Assembly: GCA_937875955.1 (NCBI GenBank)
Contig: CALFHE010000016.1
Span: 15,712-79,711, forward strand
Direction: 5' to 3'
DNA from: an uncultured Candidatus Saccharibacteria bacterium
GTDB taxonomy: Bacteria > Patescibacteriota > Saccharimonadia > Saccharimonadales > Saccharimonadaceae
Length of the DNA stretch: 64,000 nucleotides
Part shown: positions 53,713-62,217 of the stretch, one piece after another
How positions within the stretch are numbered: position 1 is the stretch's first letter
Layout: each line of letters starts with the position of its first letter
The notes under the pieces: model-generated
What the model saw: the letters and a program-made list of their open reading frames with translations, nothing else
Databases searched by the model: none
What the model was told of the DNA's origin: nothing
Made by a program: the position numbers and the translations under genes

Positions 53713-54756
53713 CTAAAATTGTTCCAAAAAGTCCAACTTGCCACTTTCAAAATGACGGACATCTTCGATTCCATACTTCATCATAACCAAGCGGTCAATT
53801 CCGCAACCAAAAGCAAATCCCGTATATTTATTCGGGTCAATTTGCGCCGCTCGAAGAACGTTCGGATGAATCATTCCGCAGCCCAATAGCTCAATCCAAC
53901 CTTCACCAGAGCAGACTTTACAATCTGGATTTTTGCCTTCACAAAACGGACAGCTTAACGCAAACTCGAAGCTAGGCTCAGTGAACGGAAAGTAAAATGG
54001 ATTAACACGGACGTCAAGCTTCTTGCCGTAATATTCCTGCAAAAATTCTTGCAATGTGGCGATCAAATTGCCAATATTAACTCGGCGTGAAACGTACACG
54101 CCTTCGACTTGATAAAACGTATGCTCGTGGCGCGCGTCCAAATCTTCGTTACGGAAAACACGATCAGGAACGATAGCGGCAATAGCCTCGCCTTTTTCCA
54201 AATTGTCGCGATATTTTATCAACACACGATTTTGCATAGTCGACGTATGCGCCGGAGCAATCAAACGATCACCATTAGAATCAGTTTCCTCGGTCATAAA
54301 CGTATCGTAATCGTCGCGCGCTGGATGACCTTTTGGAAAATTCAGACTCTCGAACATATGGAATTGATCGTCAATTTCTCTGGATTCTTCCGTGACAAAA
54401 CCCATGCGATTAAAAATCTCAGAAATGCGCTCAATTTCAGCGCTCAGCGGATGAATCGTGCCTTGTTCGCTCGGCAAAAGTTCAGGCTTTGGCGAATTCA
54501 CATCCATCGGCGCCGTAACGTCAATCGGTTTCAAGTCAACTTTTTCCAGCTCTTCCAGCCGCGCAGCAATAGCCTGTTCAATCGCCTGCTTCAACTCGTT
54601 AATTCGCTTGCCGAACGGACCACGCTCAACTGGCGGCAATGACTTGATTTGCTCGTACAATTCCCTAAGTCGTCGATCACGTAAAAACTCACGCGGAGAC
54701 TTGGATTGTGAAACCGCCAAAACTATTTCTCTTCTCAATTCGTCTAAGTCAACCAT
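53713..54756 (-). CDS. pheS: Phenylalanine--tRNA ligase alpha subunit
   Basis: Class II aaRS motifs and an N-terminal coiled coil. Confidence 0.95.
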   Translation of the reverse strand: MVDLDELRREIVLAVSQSKSPREFLRDRRLRELYEQIKSLPPVERGPFGKRINELKQAIEQAIAARLEELEKVDLKPIDVTAPMDVNSPKPELLPSEQGTIHPLSAEIERISEIFNRMGFVTEESREIDDQFHMFESLNFPKGHPARDDYDTFMTEETDSNGDRLIAPAHTSTMQNRVLIKYRDNLEKGEAIAAIVPDRVFRNEDLDARHEHTFYQVEGVYVSRRVNIGNLIATLQEFLQEYYGKKLDVRVNPFYFPFTEPSFEFALSCPFCEGKNPDCKVCSGEGWIELLGCGMIHPNVLRAAQIDPNKYTGFAFGCGIDRLVMMKYGIEDVRHFESGKLDFLEQF

Positions 54757-54757
54757 T

Positions 54758-54994
54758 TTATCGTCCTTGCATTAAAAACATTACAATCACCGCACCAGCC
54801 ATAATAGCAATTAAAATCCACGCCCACGCCAAAGTCGTCGTCTGTTTCGTGCCTTCCAAATATCTTATGTCGTCGACGCCGTCCATAGTTGCCTTTTCTT
54901 GCAAACTCGAAGCCTTCGCCTTCTCTCTTAATTCCGCCGCAATTCGCTCTTGCAATTCACTGCGCTGATCCTGTTGATTTACAAATAATCCCAT
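54758..54994 (-). CDS. Small membrane protein (78 aa) upstream of pheS
   Basis: A charged helical N-terminus followed by one TM helix. Its stop abuts the pheS start. Confidence 0.5.
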   Translation of the reverse strand: MGLFVNQQDQRSELQERIAAELREKAKASSLQEKATMDGVDDIRYLEGTKQTTTLAWAWILIAIMAGAVIVMFLMQGR

Positions 54995-55051
54995 AACTAC
55001 AGTATAGCAAATTATGTTATAATAGTCGTGATATTACTTTAAGGAGGGAAT

Positions 55052-55987
55052 ATGGCTACGAAGAAAACTTCAAAGAAAGCCCCAGTTAAAGCCGCAGAAA
55101 AGAAAACCTCTGCCGCTAAAACTGAAACCAAAACGACCGTCAAGTACGTCGTTACTGAATCTAACGCTAAAAGCAAGCGTGTCAAACTAGATTCTAAATT
55201 ACCAGACAACTTAATTAACATCGTTATTGCGGAAGTTATCGGCACGTTCATTTTGACGCTTGCCGCATTATTCGCATCAGATATTTTGTCATCAATGTAT
55301 GTCGGTTTTGCATTGATGTTCATCGTTGCAATCATTGGCAACATTTCTGGCGCACACGTAAACCCAGCTGTCACGTTTGGTCTATGGACAATGCGTAAGC
55401 TAAAAACCATACTCGTACCATTTTACTGGAGTGCACAATTCCTCGGTGCAATGGCGGCTATCGTGCTTGTTGGCTCATTAACAAACGGCGGATTTGCCCT
55501 AAGCTTTGACCAATTCACTGCGTTCTCCTGGAACATCTTTGCGATGGAATTAGTCGGCACTGCTGTATTTGTATTTGGCATCGCCGCAGTGTTACAGCGC
55601 AAAGAAATCAAAGCAGCTGGTCAAGCTTTTGGAATTGGCTTGGCATTGATGATTGGTCTTGTCGTATCTGGCTCAATCTCTTCGTACATTAAAAGTACTG
55701 CTATTGCAAAAATCCAAAAAGATCAAAGCACTGCTCAAACTGAGAAAAACGGCCGCACTTACCCACGCGAGATCTACATCTCAGGCGCAACTTTGAACCC
55801 AGCAGTTTCTTTGGCTGTCACAGAGAAAACCGATTCTCAACTACGCAGCAATGGAGTATTGCCGGCTGAAGGCGAAAAAAGCTATTCACGCTTTAGCCTG
55901 GAAGTAATTGCCGCTACCCTAATCGGCGCAGCATTAGGCGGCAACCTATTTCTACTCGTCAATTACCGAAACAAAGACGAAGAATAG
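55052..55987 (+). CDS. MIP-family channel (aquaporin/glycerol facilitator-like)
   Basis: Two NPA boxes (HVNPAVT, TLNPAVS), a strong SD AAGGAGGG, and a Lys-rich N-terminal extension. Confidence 0.85.
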   Translation: MATKKTSKKAPVKAAEKKTSAAKTETKTTVKYVVTESNAKSKRVKLDSKLPDNLINIVIAEVIGTFILTLAALFASDILSSMYVGFALMFIVAIIGNISGAHVNPAVTFGLWTMRKLKTILVPFYWSAQFLGAMAAIVLVGSLTNGGFALSFDQFTAFSWNIFAMELVGTAVFVFGIAAVLQRKEIKAAGQAFGIGLALMIGLVVSGSISSYIKSTAIAKIQKDQSTAQTEKNGRTYPREIYISGATLNPAVSLAVTEKTDSQLRSNGVLPAEGEKSYSRFSLEVIAATLIGAALGGNLFLLVNYRNKDEE

Positions 55988-56007
55988 ATTATAACTTCAC
56001 AATAAAA

Positions 56008-56037
56008 TATCCCGCTTAATCGGCGGGGTATTTTTTA
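56008..56037. terminator. Bidirectional terminator between the MIP gene and rmuC
   Basis: A CCCGC/GCGGG stem is flanked by an A-run on the left and TTTTTT on the right. Confidence 0.55.
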
Positions 56038-56039
56038 TG

Positions 56040-57110
56040 TCAATCTTCCTGAGTCGGCCGATCAATCAGCTCCGGCTGCGCTTGGTTATTGCCACCAGAA
56101 ATTCGTACAACATCCTTATCAATCTTCCCCAATTCCTTGTACGTATTGTTATAATGACCAACGGTCGTACTAAGACTCTTGCCCATTTTCGTCATCAACT
56201 CATCAAACTTTTTAATATGAACGCCCAATTGCCCAACTCGAACTTGAATGTCTTTAGCTTGCTCTTCAATTTGTAGACTACGAAGCCCCTGAAGAACGGT
56301 CTGTAGATACGCCAGAAAACTAGTAGGACTAACAATAATCACTCGTTTATCTCGAAACGCGTATTCAATCAGATCGCGACTCGAACCACCCTGACCAACA
56401 TTGTTAATCAGAAGATCGTAATACAAAGATTCGCTAGGAATAAACATAAAAGCAAAGTCCATGGTGTTTTCGCGCGGACGAATGTATTTGCTAGTTTCGT
56501 CAATTCGCCCCTTAAGGTCAGCCTTCACCTTATTCAGCCACATTTCACGCTCAGATTTTGTCTCAGCATTAATCATCCGATTGTAATTCTCCAAAGAAAA
56601 CTTACTGTCCACCGGCAATATCTGCCCCTTATCCAGAAAAATAACCGCGTCAACAATTTCACCATCCTTGAAGCGATATTGCATTTGATATTGCTTGGCT
56701 GGCAAAACGTTGTCCAACACACTCTCCAGGTAAAACTCACCAAAGACCCCGCGCTGCTTTGGATTTTGCAACACGTTTTGCAAGGTTTTCAGATCGGTCG
56801 CCACATCGACCACACGCTTATTAGTCTCATCCAATTTCGCCAATCGCTGCGTCACGTCAGCCACCAACTTCGCACTTTCTGACAATTGTTTCTGCACGGA
56901 AGTCTGAACTTGCGCGTTACTTCGCTCCAACTTATCGCTGACGGATTCATTCAGTTTCGCAATAGTCCGCCCCAATTCTACGACATCGGTTTTAATTAGC
57001 TCGACGGATGATTGATTTTTTAGCTCGCTGATTTTTGATTGCAGGACAAATAAAGTCGCGCCCAAACCAATAGTAATAATAATTAAGAGAATAATGATAA
57101 TGATTTCCAT
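56040..57110 (-). CDS. rmuC: DNA recombination protein RmuC
   Basis: An N-terminal TM helix, a coiled coil, and an RmuC nuclease-like C-terminal domain. Confidence 0.8.
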   Translation of the reverse strand: MEIIIIILLIIITIGLGATLFVLQSKISELKNQSSVELIKTDVVELGRTIAKLNESVSDKLERSNAQVQTSVQKQLSESAKLVADVTQRLAKLDETNKRVVDVATDLKTLQNVLQNPKQRGVFGEFYLESVLDNVLPAKQYQMQYRFKDGEIVDAVIFLDKGQILPVDSKFSLENYNRMINAETKSEREMWLNKVKADLKGRIDETSKYIRPRENTMDFAFMFIPSESLYYDLLINNVGQGGSSRDLIEYAFRDKRVIIVSPTSFLAYLQTVLQGLRSLQIEEQAKDIQVRVGQLGVHIKKFDELMTKMGKSLSTTVGHYNNTYKELGKIDKDVVRISGGNNQAQPELIDRPTQED

Positions 57111-57128
57111 ACACTTAGTGTACAGTGA

Positions 57129-57650
57129 TTATAACGCCAAGACAACTCGTGCTAAGATCGCAAATAAAGTCATAAATAAAATTGCTGCGCCGTTACCGCG
57201 AATTCTATTCAACCAAATTAACGACAAGTACACCAAAACTGTCGCCAAAACTACCCATAGCAATGACAAAATCCAAGATCCGCCAGCCCATAATGTAGCG
57301 CCCCACAATGACACAGTTGCCGCGATCACTACCAGCAGAGGTCGCTTAATGCCAAATACCGCCAACACCGGCACCAACATAATTCCCGCCAAAACCAGTG
57401 CGACGTAAGATGCAATGCTCGTGCTGTTTGCGCAAATAGAAATATGCTCAGCGTTCGCGCAAAATACAGGCGTAATCATAAATTTATCAAACGCAAGCGC
57501 CAGCAACCAGATAGCCACGCCGCTAGCAACTAAAATCGCCAAAATCCTCAAGAAAACTCGCCTTGAAAATGGATATGTGTAATCTGATATTTCTTCACGG
57601 AAAATAGCTGACAATAATTTCATACGTAAATTGTAACGTAAACTTGTCAA
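57129..57650 (-). CDS. Polytopic membrane protein (unknown function)
   Basis: Four to five hydrophobic helices. Confidence 0.55.
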   Translation of the reverse strand: MTSLRYNLRMKLLSAIFREEISDYTYPFSRRVFLRILAILVASGVAIWLLALAFDKFMITPVFCANAEHISICANSTSIASYVALVLAGIMLVPVLAVFGIKRPLLVVIAATVSLWGATLWAGGSWILSLLWVVLATVLVYLSLIWLNRIRGNGAAILFMTLFAILARVVLAL

Positions 57651-57668
57651 TATTGCAAATGTATATGC

Positions 57669-58151
57669 TTAAATATTATGCTTTTTCAGGAGATTCATCG
57701 GTTTATACCAAATAATCCCTACGCAAGCAATCAATAATCCGCCAATAACGTCAAGTGGCGTATGCACCAGAGCAATAACCCGACCGACACATATTAAGAT
57801 TGTCATAACCAGACAAACAACAGCCAGCCGCCAGCTCTTTGCTCCGAAAAATACCGCCAAAGTAATTGCCATTGTAAATAGAGCGTGATCAGACGGAAAA
57901 CCCGGATTATTAAGGAATGACGCGCCGGCAGATACGCCCAGAATCTCGAACGGGCGCGTTTGATCTGGTTGATAAATTGACCCGATAATTTTTGCCGCCA
58001 CGTAAGCAGTCAACCCAGCCATCAAAACTTGACTATAAACTTGATATTTCTCTTTATTTGGAACCAATTTTATCAGCGCGTACGCACCAATTAGCACGAC
58101 CGGCACCACTAGTCCGTCAGCAATTAGCTTCACAATCCATTGCAAATCCAT
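57669..58151 (-). CDS. PAP2-family phosphatase
   Basis: PAP2 motifs are present (TRP, PSDH, and GRVIALVHTPLDVIGG matching SRxxxxxHxxxD). I preferred the start MDLQW. Confidence 0.75.
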   Translation of the reverse strand: MDLQWIVKLIADGLVVPVVLIGAYALIKLVPNKEKYQVYSQVLMAGLTAYVAAKIIGSIYQPDQTRPFEILGVSAGASFLNNPGFPSDHALFTMAITLAVFFGAKSWRLAVVCLVMTILICVGRVIALVHTPLDVIGGLLIACVGIIWYKPMNLLKKHNI

Positions 58152-58230
58152 ACTATAAGTATATCGCGTCAACGACCACCAGTAAACGCTTGCGGAAATC
58201 ATTTTTCTATAGTACAATTATGCTTGCCGT

Positions 58231-58305
58231 TGGGATGTCGCCAAGTGGTAAGGCAGCGGGTTCTGGTCCCGCCATTCGGGGGTTCGAATCCCTCCATCCC
58301 AGCCA
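58231..58305 (+). tRNA. tRNA-Gln (anticodon CUG), CCA encoded
   Basis: Cloverleaf: acceptor TGGGATG/CATCCCA (a U1-A72 pair, as in bacterial tRNA-Gln), anticodon stem GCGGG/CCCGC with loop TTCTGGT, and T arm GGGGG-TTCGAAT-CCCTC. Confidence 0.9.
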
Positions 58306-58319
58306 AGTTTGAAATTTAG

Positions 58320-58344
58320 CAGCCAATTATTTGGCTGTTTTTTT
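58320..58344 (+). terminator. Intrinsic terminator after tRNA-Gln
   Basis: CAGCCAA-TTAT-TTGGCTG is followed by TTTTTTT. Confidence 0.75.
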
Positions 58345-58746
58345 CGTCGATAAATTTGCGCAAATCAACAAAATCCACATCATGAATACCAGAAAAATCG
58401 CAGCCACATTATTCACATTCTTTATCGTTGCACCAAATATCACTGCCGCGTGACCGTTCGCAAATGCCAAAAAACCAATTGCCGTCATAATCCCCAAACT
58501 CAAAAAACCAGCCATTCTGCTCGTCAGAGTAATTCTTTTTGGCATATCCATATCAATTAAAAACGGCAACGACGTTAGCTCAACAATCACCAATATTATC
58601 GCAATCAGAAGACTTAAAGATGACGGAACCCCCGCAGAAGTAAGGACCGCAGAAAACTTCTCAAACGTAAATAATTGACATAATAATGACACCATTATTA
58701 ATAGTCCTGTAATCAATTTAACAATTTTATTCACTTTTCTAGACAT
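58327..58746 (-). CDS. Polytopic membrane protein (139 aa)
   Basis: Four hydrophobic helices. Confidence 0.55.
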   Translation of the reverse strand: MSRKVNKIVKLITGLLIMVSLLCQLFTFEKFSAVLTSAGVPSSLSLLIAIILVIVELTSLPFLIDMDMPKRITLTSRMAGFLSLGIMTAIGFLAFANGHAAVIFGATIKNVNNVAAIFLVFMMWILLICANLSTKKTAK

Positions 58747-58907
58747 AATTTCAGTATAGCTTGCGCGTCAAAAAAGCTCAAGCTTGTTGTATTTTTTACG
58801 AAAGCACTTGCACTTTTTATAAAAACGTCATAAAGTTAAATCAGCGAACGTTACAAAAATAAACACCAAACAGTACCTTTCGCTCTACGACAAATCCACC
58901 ACAACTT

Positions 58908-58936
58908 AAAATACCCCGTCTCTATGGGGTATTTTT
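58908..58936. terminator. Hairpin overlapping the trmD stop codon
   Basis: ATACCCC-loop-GGGGTAT is flanked by an A-run and a T-run. Confidence 0.5.
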
Positions 58937-59590
58937 ATTGGTCAATATTCGCGATTGTTCAGCGCGCCACTCGGCAATTTTTCCGTGGTGTCCGCTCAAT
59001 AAAACATCCGGCACACGTAAACCTTTAAATTCCTCAGGTCGTGTATATTGTGGAAACTCCAACGTTTCTCCATCTGAAAAACTTTCAATTTCCGCAGACT
59101 TTTCGCCGCCCAAAACTCCAGGAATCAACCTAACAATAGAATCAATCATCATCATTGCCGCCAGCTCTCCGCCCGTCAGCACAAAATCGCCAATACTCCA
59201 TTGTTCATCAACTAGCTCTAAAATTCGCTCATCAACACCCTCGTATCGCCCGCAAATAAATATCACACCCCTGTCGTCATCGGCTTCTTCCTGGGCTTTA
59301 GCCTGCTTCCAGCGTTGCCCTCGCGGACTCATTAATACCACCTTCGCTGTTTCATCCTGAGATTTAGCAAATTCTACCGCTTTCCATAACGGCTCAATCA
59401 TAAGAAGCATCCCGTCGCCGCCGCCATAAGGAGTATCATCAACCTGGCGACGAAGGCCCAAACCAAACTCCCGCAGATTCACCGTCGTAAGCTCTACAAT
59501 ACCGTCTTTCTGAGCCTTCCACATCATGGAGTTGTTAAAAACTCCCGTTGTCATTTCTGGGAAAAGTGTAATTACTTGAAATTTTCTCAT
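58922..59590 (-). CDS. trmD: tRNA (guanine37-N1)-methyltransferase
   Basis: A TrmD-family sequence throughout (for example VICGRYEGVDERI-like and SIGDFVLTGGE). Confidence 0.9.
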   Translation of the reverse strand: MRKFQVITLFPEMTTGVFNNSMMWKAQKDGIVELTTVNLREFGLGLRRQVDDTPYGGGDGMLLMIEPLWKAVEFAKSQDETAKVVLMSPRGQRWKQAKAQEEADDDRGVIFICGRYEGVDERILELVDEQWSIGDFVLTGGELAAMMMIDSIVRLIPGVLGGEKSAEIESFSDGETLEFPQYTRPEEFKGLRVPDVLLSGHHGKIAEWRAEQSRILTNKNTP

Positions 59591-59610
59591 CTGTTACAGT
59601 GTAGCAAGTG

Positions 59611-59670
59611 TTGACGTGATTGTCCAGGTATGGTATATATATATTAACTTCTGTTCAACCGAACAGAAGT
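59611..59670 (+). promoter_or_regulatory. Cassette D promoter plus 5'-terminal stem-loop
   Basis: TTGACG at 59611, a 17-nt spacer, TATATA at 59634-59639, and the perfect hairpin ACTTCTGTTC-AACC-GAACAGAAGT at 59647-59670. Confidence 0.6.
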
Positions 59671-59699
59671 AGCCCTTACATAGTAGAAAGGACATAAAT

Positions 59700-60335
59700 A
59701 TGTCCGGAGAACCCTCACTGGAAGATGTCAGATATGCTCTTAATGTAGCCGGACTAAGCCCCAGGTCGCATGCTTACGCCGACCTGTATGGCGGCAGCAT
59801 AGTCAAAGTCCAGACCCCACTGATCATCAACGGCGGAACACAGATTCCTCGTGGGGCTGATGGTGATATCCAGCGCGAGCTGGCTTATCTCATCGATAAG
59901 ATCGTATGGGAGGAAAACTCCACTGGAAACTGGCAGTTGGCCTTCTCAGGGAACGGGATCGCCATTACGGTCGGTGCTGACGTCCTCCTTCCTGAAGGAC
60001 ACAACATCCACAGCGACAATCATTACCCCCTGATTCATCAGGGGAATGATGACGGACGCGCGGAGCGTGTCTACGCCGAATGCATTTCTGGGTCCACTTT
60101 TAACCTACTCTCGATCATCAAGACATTCTCCTGGATGCCCGACAAAGCGATCGCGGAATTGCTCCGGCACGGTCCGGGGCACGAAGTTATTCGCATTAAC
60201 AGCCGAGAGGTTTACGAAGACCTGTTGCCACATCTGGCACAGGCATTCCCCTGGGTGGCGGAGGCATCCTTTATGCCATATCCCTTGAAAGATGTTGACG
60301 GCTGGATCTCCCGACCCATCCTACAAGAGGGCTAA
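59700..60335 (+). CDS. Cassette D orphan protein (211 aa, soluble, no recognised motif)
   Basis: ATG after GAAAGGA. The codon set is GC-rich (CTG, CCC, GGG, CGG), unlike the flanking trmD and KH genes. Confidence 0.65.
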   Translation: MSGEPSLEDVRYALNVAGLSPRSHAYADLYGGSIVKVQTPLIINGGTQIPRGADGDIQRELAYLIDKIVWEENSTGNWQLAFSGNGIAITVGADVLLPEGHNIHSDNHYPLIHQGNDDGRAERVYAECISGSTFNLLSIIKTFSWMPDKAIAELLRHGPGHEVIRINSREVYEDLLPHLAQAFPWVAEASFMPYPLKDVDGWISRPILQEG

Positions 60336-60337
60336 CG

Positions 60338-60400
60338 CCCGCTGAGAAAATAGCTCGTTGAGACACCAAGTCTCAACTTGAGACTCGGCGGGCTATTTTC
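60338..60400 (+). terminator. Cassette D compound terminator
   Basis: An outer stem GCCCGCTGAG/CTCGGCGGGC encloses a perfect GTTGAGAC/GTCTCAAC hairpin and is followed by TATTTTC. Confidence 0.6.
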
Positions 60401-60429
60401 ATGTCTTTTTACAGAAATTATTTCCCACC

Positions 60430-60462
60430 AAAAAACCGCCCCACTAAGGACGGTTTTTTAGC
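60430..60462. terminator. Bidirectional terminator downstream of the KH-domain gene
   Basis: AAAAAACCGCCCC-loop-GGACGGTTTTTT. Confidence 0.55.
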
Positions 60463-60542
60463 ACAAATAAGGCTCTCAATGGTTTCCCATTGTCTCGCAT
60501 AGAGCTGTTCTCGCATAATGTCTGTGCTTGAACTGGTTTTAA

Positions 60543-60932
60543 TTATATATCAAGATCGTCGAGTTCTGCAAGCTCTTTTCTGGTGTTTTCTGCGTAAGAT
60601 GATTCATTTTCCACAGCTTCATCTGTTGAGTTATCCACAGAAGCATTACCGTTATAATCATTTTCTTCGCGTGCGCCAGAAAAACCATCATTGTTAACGA
60701 TCTTCAAGTTATATCGAGCGTCATTCTTTGCACCCAAAGCTCGCAGAAGTGTACGCAAACTCTGCGCAGTACTGCCGCGCTTACCAATGACTCGACCCAA
60801 ATCTGCTGGATTAACTGTTAATGTTAGTAAAACGCCTTTTTCATCAATTGTTCGGTCTACTACGACATCTTCTGGATGTCCAACCAACGCCTTTACAGTA
60901 TATTCTACAAACTGCTGATCTATTGTTGACAT
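60543..60932 (-). CDS. KH-domain RNA-binding protein (YlqC-like) with acidic C-terminal extension
   Basis: KH core VIGKRGSTAQSLRTLL. The start MSTIDQQ at 60932 is preceded by GGAGGAGGGG. Confidence 0.8.
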   Translation of the reverse strand: MSTIDQQFVEYTVKALVGHPEDVVVDRTIDEKGVLLTLTVNPADLGRVIGKRGSTAQSLRTLLRALGAKNDARYNLKIVNNDGFSGAREENDYNGNASVDNSTDEAVENESSYAENTRKELAELDDLDI

Positions 60933-61002
60933 TCTGCCCCTCCTCCTGGAATTAAACTGTATTTTCATTATACACGAGCAGTTTACGCCGTGCAAACTTT
61001 AA

Positions 61003-61719
61003 TTATTTCTCGCCAGATTCTTTATATTTAGCAATTGCAGCACGAGCGGCTTGCTGTTGGGCAACTTGCTTTGACGGACCAATGCCTCGCCCCATCATAT
61101 TATCGCCAACAAAAACCCCAAGAGTAAAGACTTTATCGTGATCTGGACCTTCTTCGCTCAGGACTTTATATATTGGCGTTTGATTGTCAACTCGCTGAGA
61201 AATCTCCTGCAAATACGACTTCGGATCACGCCAACTGCCAGACTCCAAAATTCCATCCAACTTAACAATTATATGCTTGTGAATAAAATCGCGAGCATCG
61301 TCAAAGCCGCGCTCCAAATAAATCGCGCCGATTACCGCCTCAAACGCATTAGCTAAAATCTGTAAATGCGCTCGCTCCGAGCCGTTCTTCTCGCCCTTTG
61401 ACATGCGAATCAGCGGACCATAGCCCAACTTATCGCCAGCATCACCAATACTTTCCGTTCGTACCAAAGCTGCTCGCCAAGCAGTCAAAATTCCCTCTGG
61501 CTCAGAAAAATGCGTAAACAAATATTCCGTTACCGCCAATTCCAAAACCGCATCACCTAAAAATTCCAAGCGCTCATTGTGGTGATGGACGGATTTTCGA
61601 TGCTCATTCACATAACTACGGTGAGTCAAAGCTGTAATCAGCAAATCCAAATTCGTAAATTCAAAACCTAATTTTTCGCGCGCAAAATCTTGATATGGCG
61701 CAGTGTTCATTCCGTTCAT
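61003..61719 (-). CDS. rnc: Ribonuclease III
   Basis: ERLEFLGDAVLEL signature plus a dsRBD. Confidence 0.95.
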   Translation of the reverse strand: MNGMNTAPYQDFAREKLGFEFTNLDLLITALTHRSYVNEHRKSVHHHNERLEFLGDAVLELAVTEYLFTHFSEPEGILTAWRAALVRTESIGDAGDKLGYGPLIRMSKGEKNGSERAHLQILANAFEAVIGAIYLERGFDDARDFIHKHIIVKLDGILESGSWRDPKSYLQEISQRVDNQTPIYKVLSEEGPDHDKVFTLGVFVGDNMMGRGIGPSKQVAQQQAARAAIAKYKESGEK

Positions 61720-62217
61720 TTATAAGTTCTCCTGTCTAATTCGTTTCATTGCCAAAAGAATCAGCTTGCCAATATCTTCATATTCAACTTCATCCAGCGC
61801 CTCATGAAAACTAAACCATTTAAGTCCATTCATCCACTCTTCCTTTTGGAGTTTCTCATTAGGATCCAGTGCCTTAACCAGATAAACTTGCGTTGTCATC
61901 AATACCAATTTATCGATTCGACGATAACGAAAATTAACCTTGCCCAGCCAGCCGTGCAGTTCAATTTTCTTCAGTCCAGTTTCCTCACCGATTTCCCTAC
62001 GAGCCGTCACTTGAGCTGTTTCACCTGGTTCAATGTGCCCTTTCGGAATTGTCCAGCGATCGCGAGCGTCTTGATAAAGCAAAAATTCCGCCTCGCCCTT
62101 TTTATTACGACGAAAAATCACGCCACCAGCAGTTGGCTCGCGTACAATTTCCTGAATCAATGGCTTCTTGCTGCCACCAAAATATTTTTTTATCTTATCA
62201 AAGTTGCTTGTTCTCAC
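61720..62217 (-). CDS. NUDIX hydrolase
   Basis: Nudix box GHIEPGETAQVTARREIGEETG. I preferred the GTG start at 62217, which is preceded by GGAGGAG, although the ORF is open up to 62265. Confidence 0.8.
   Translation of the reverse strand: MRTSNFDKIKKYFGGSKKPLIQEIVREPTAGGVIFRRNKKGEAEFLLYQDARDRWTIPKGHIEPGETAQVTARREIGEETGLKKIELHGWLGKVNFRYRRIDKLVLMTTQVYLVKALDPNEKLQKEEWMNGLKWFSFHEALDEVEYEDIGKLILLAMKRIRQENL

Noticed and set aside
53709-53774. Upstream start of the membrane-protein ORF overlapping pheS by 62 nt
   Set aside because: The internal start MKLRQIKDF, 4 nt after the pheS stop, gives a normal arrangement. The extension has no hydrophobic or conserved character.
55039-55410. 123-aa minus-strand ORF opposite the MIP gene, and similar shadow ORFs throughout the track (for example 10282-10884, 17045-17695, 22996-23736, 28654-29253, 54109-54642)
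   Set aside because: All of them lie antisense or out of frame inside well-supported genes with recognisable family motifs. They lack start signals and have low-complexity translations.
60480-60520. Short direct repeat TCTCGCATA occurring twice downstream of the KH-protein gene
   Set aside because: There are only two 9-nt copies with no further periodicity, and I can assign no function.
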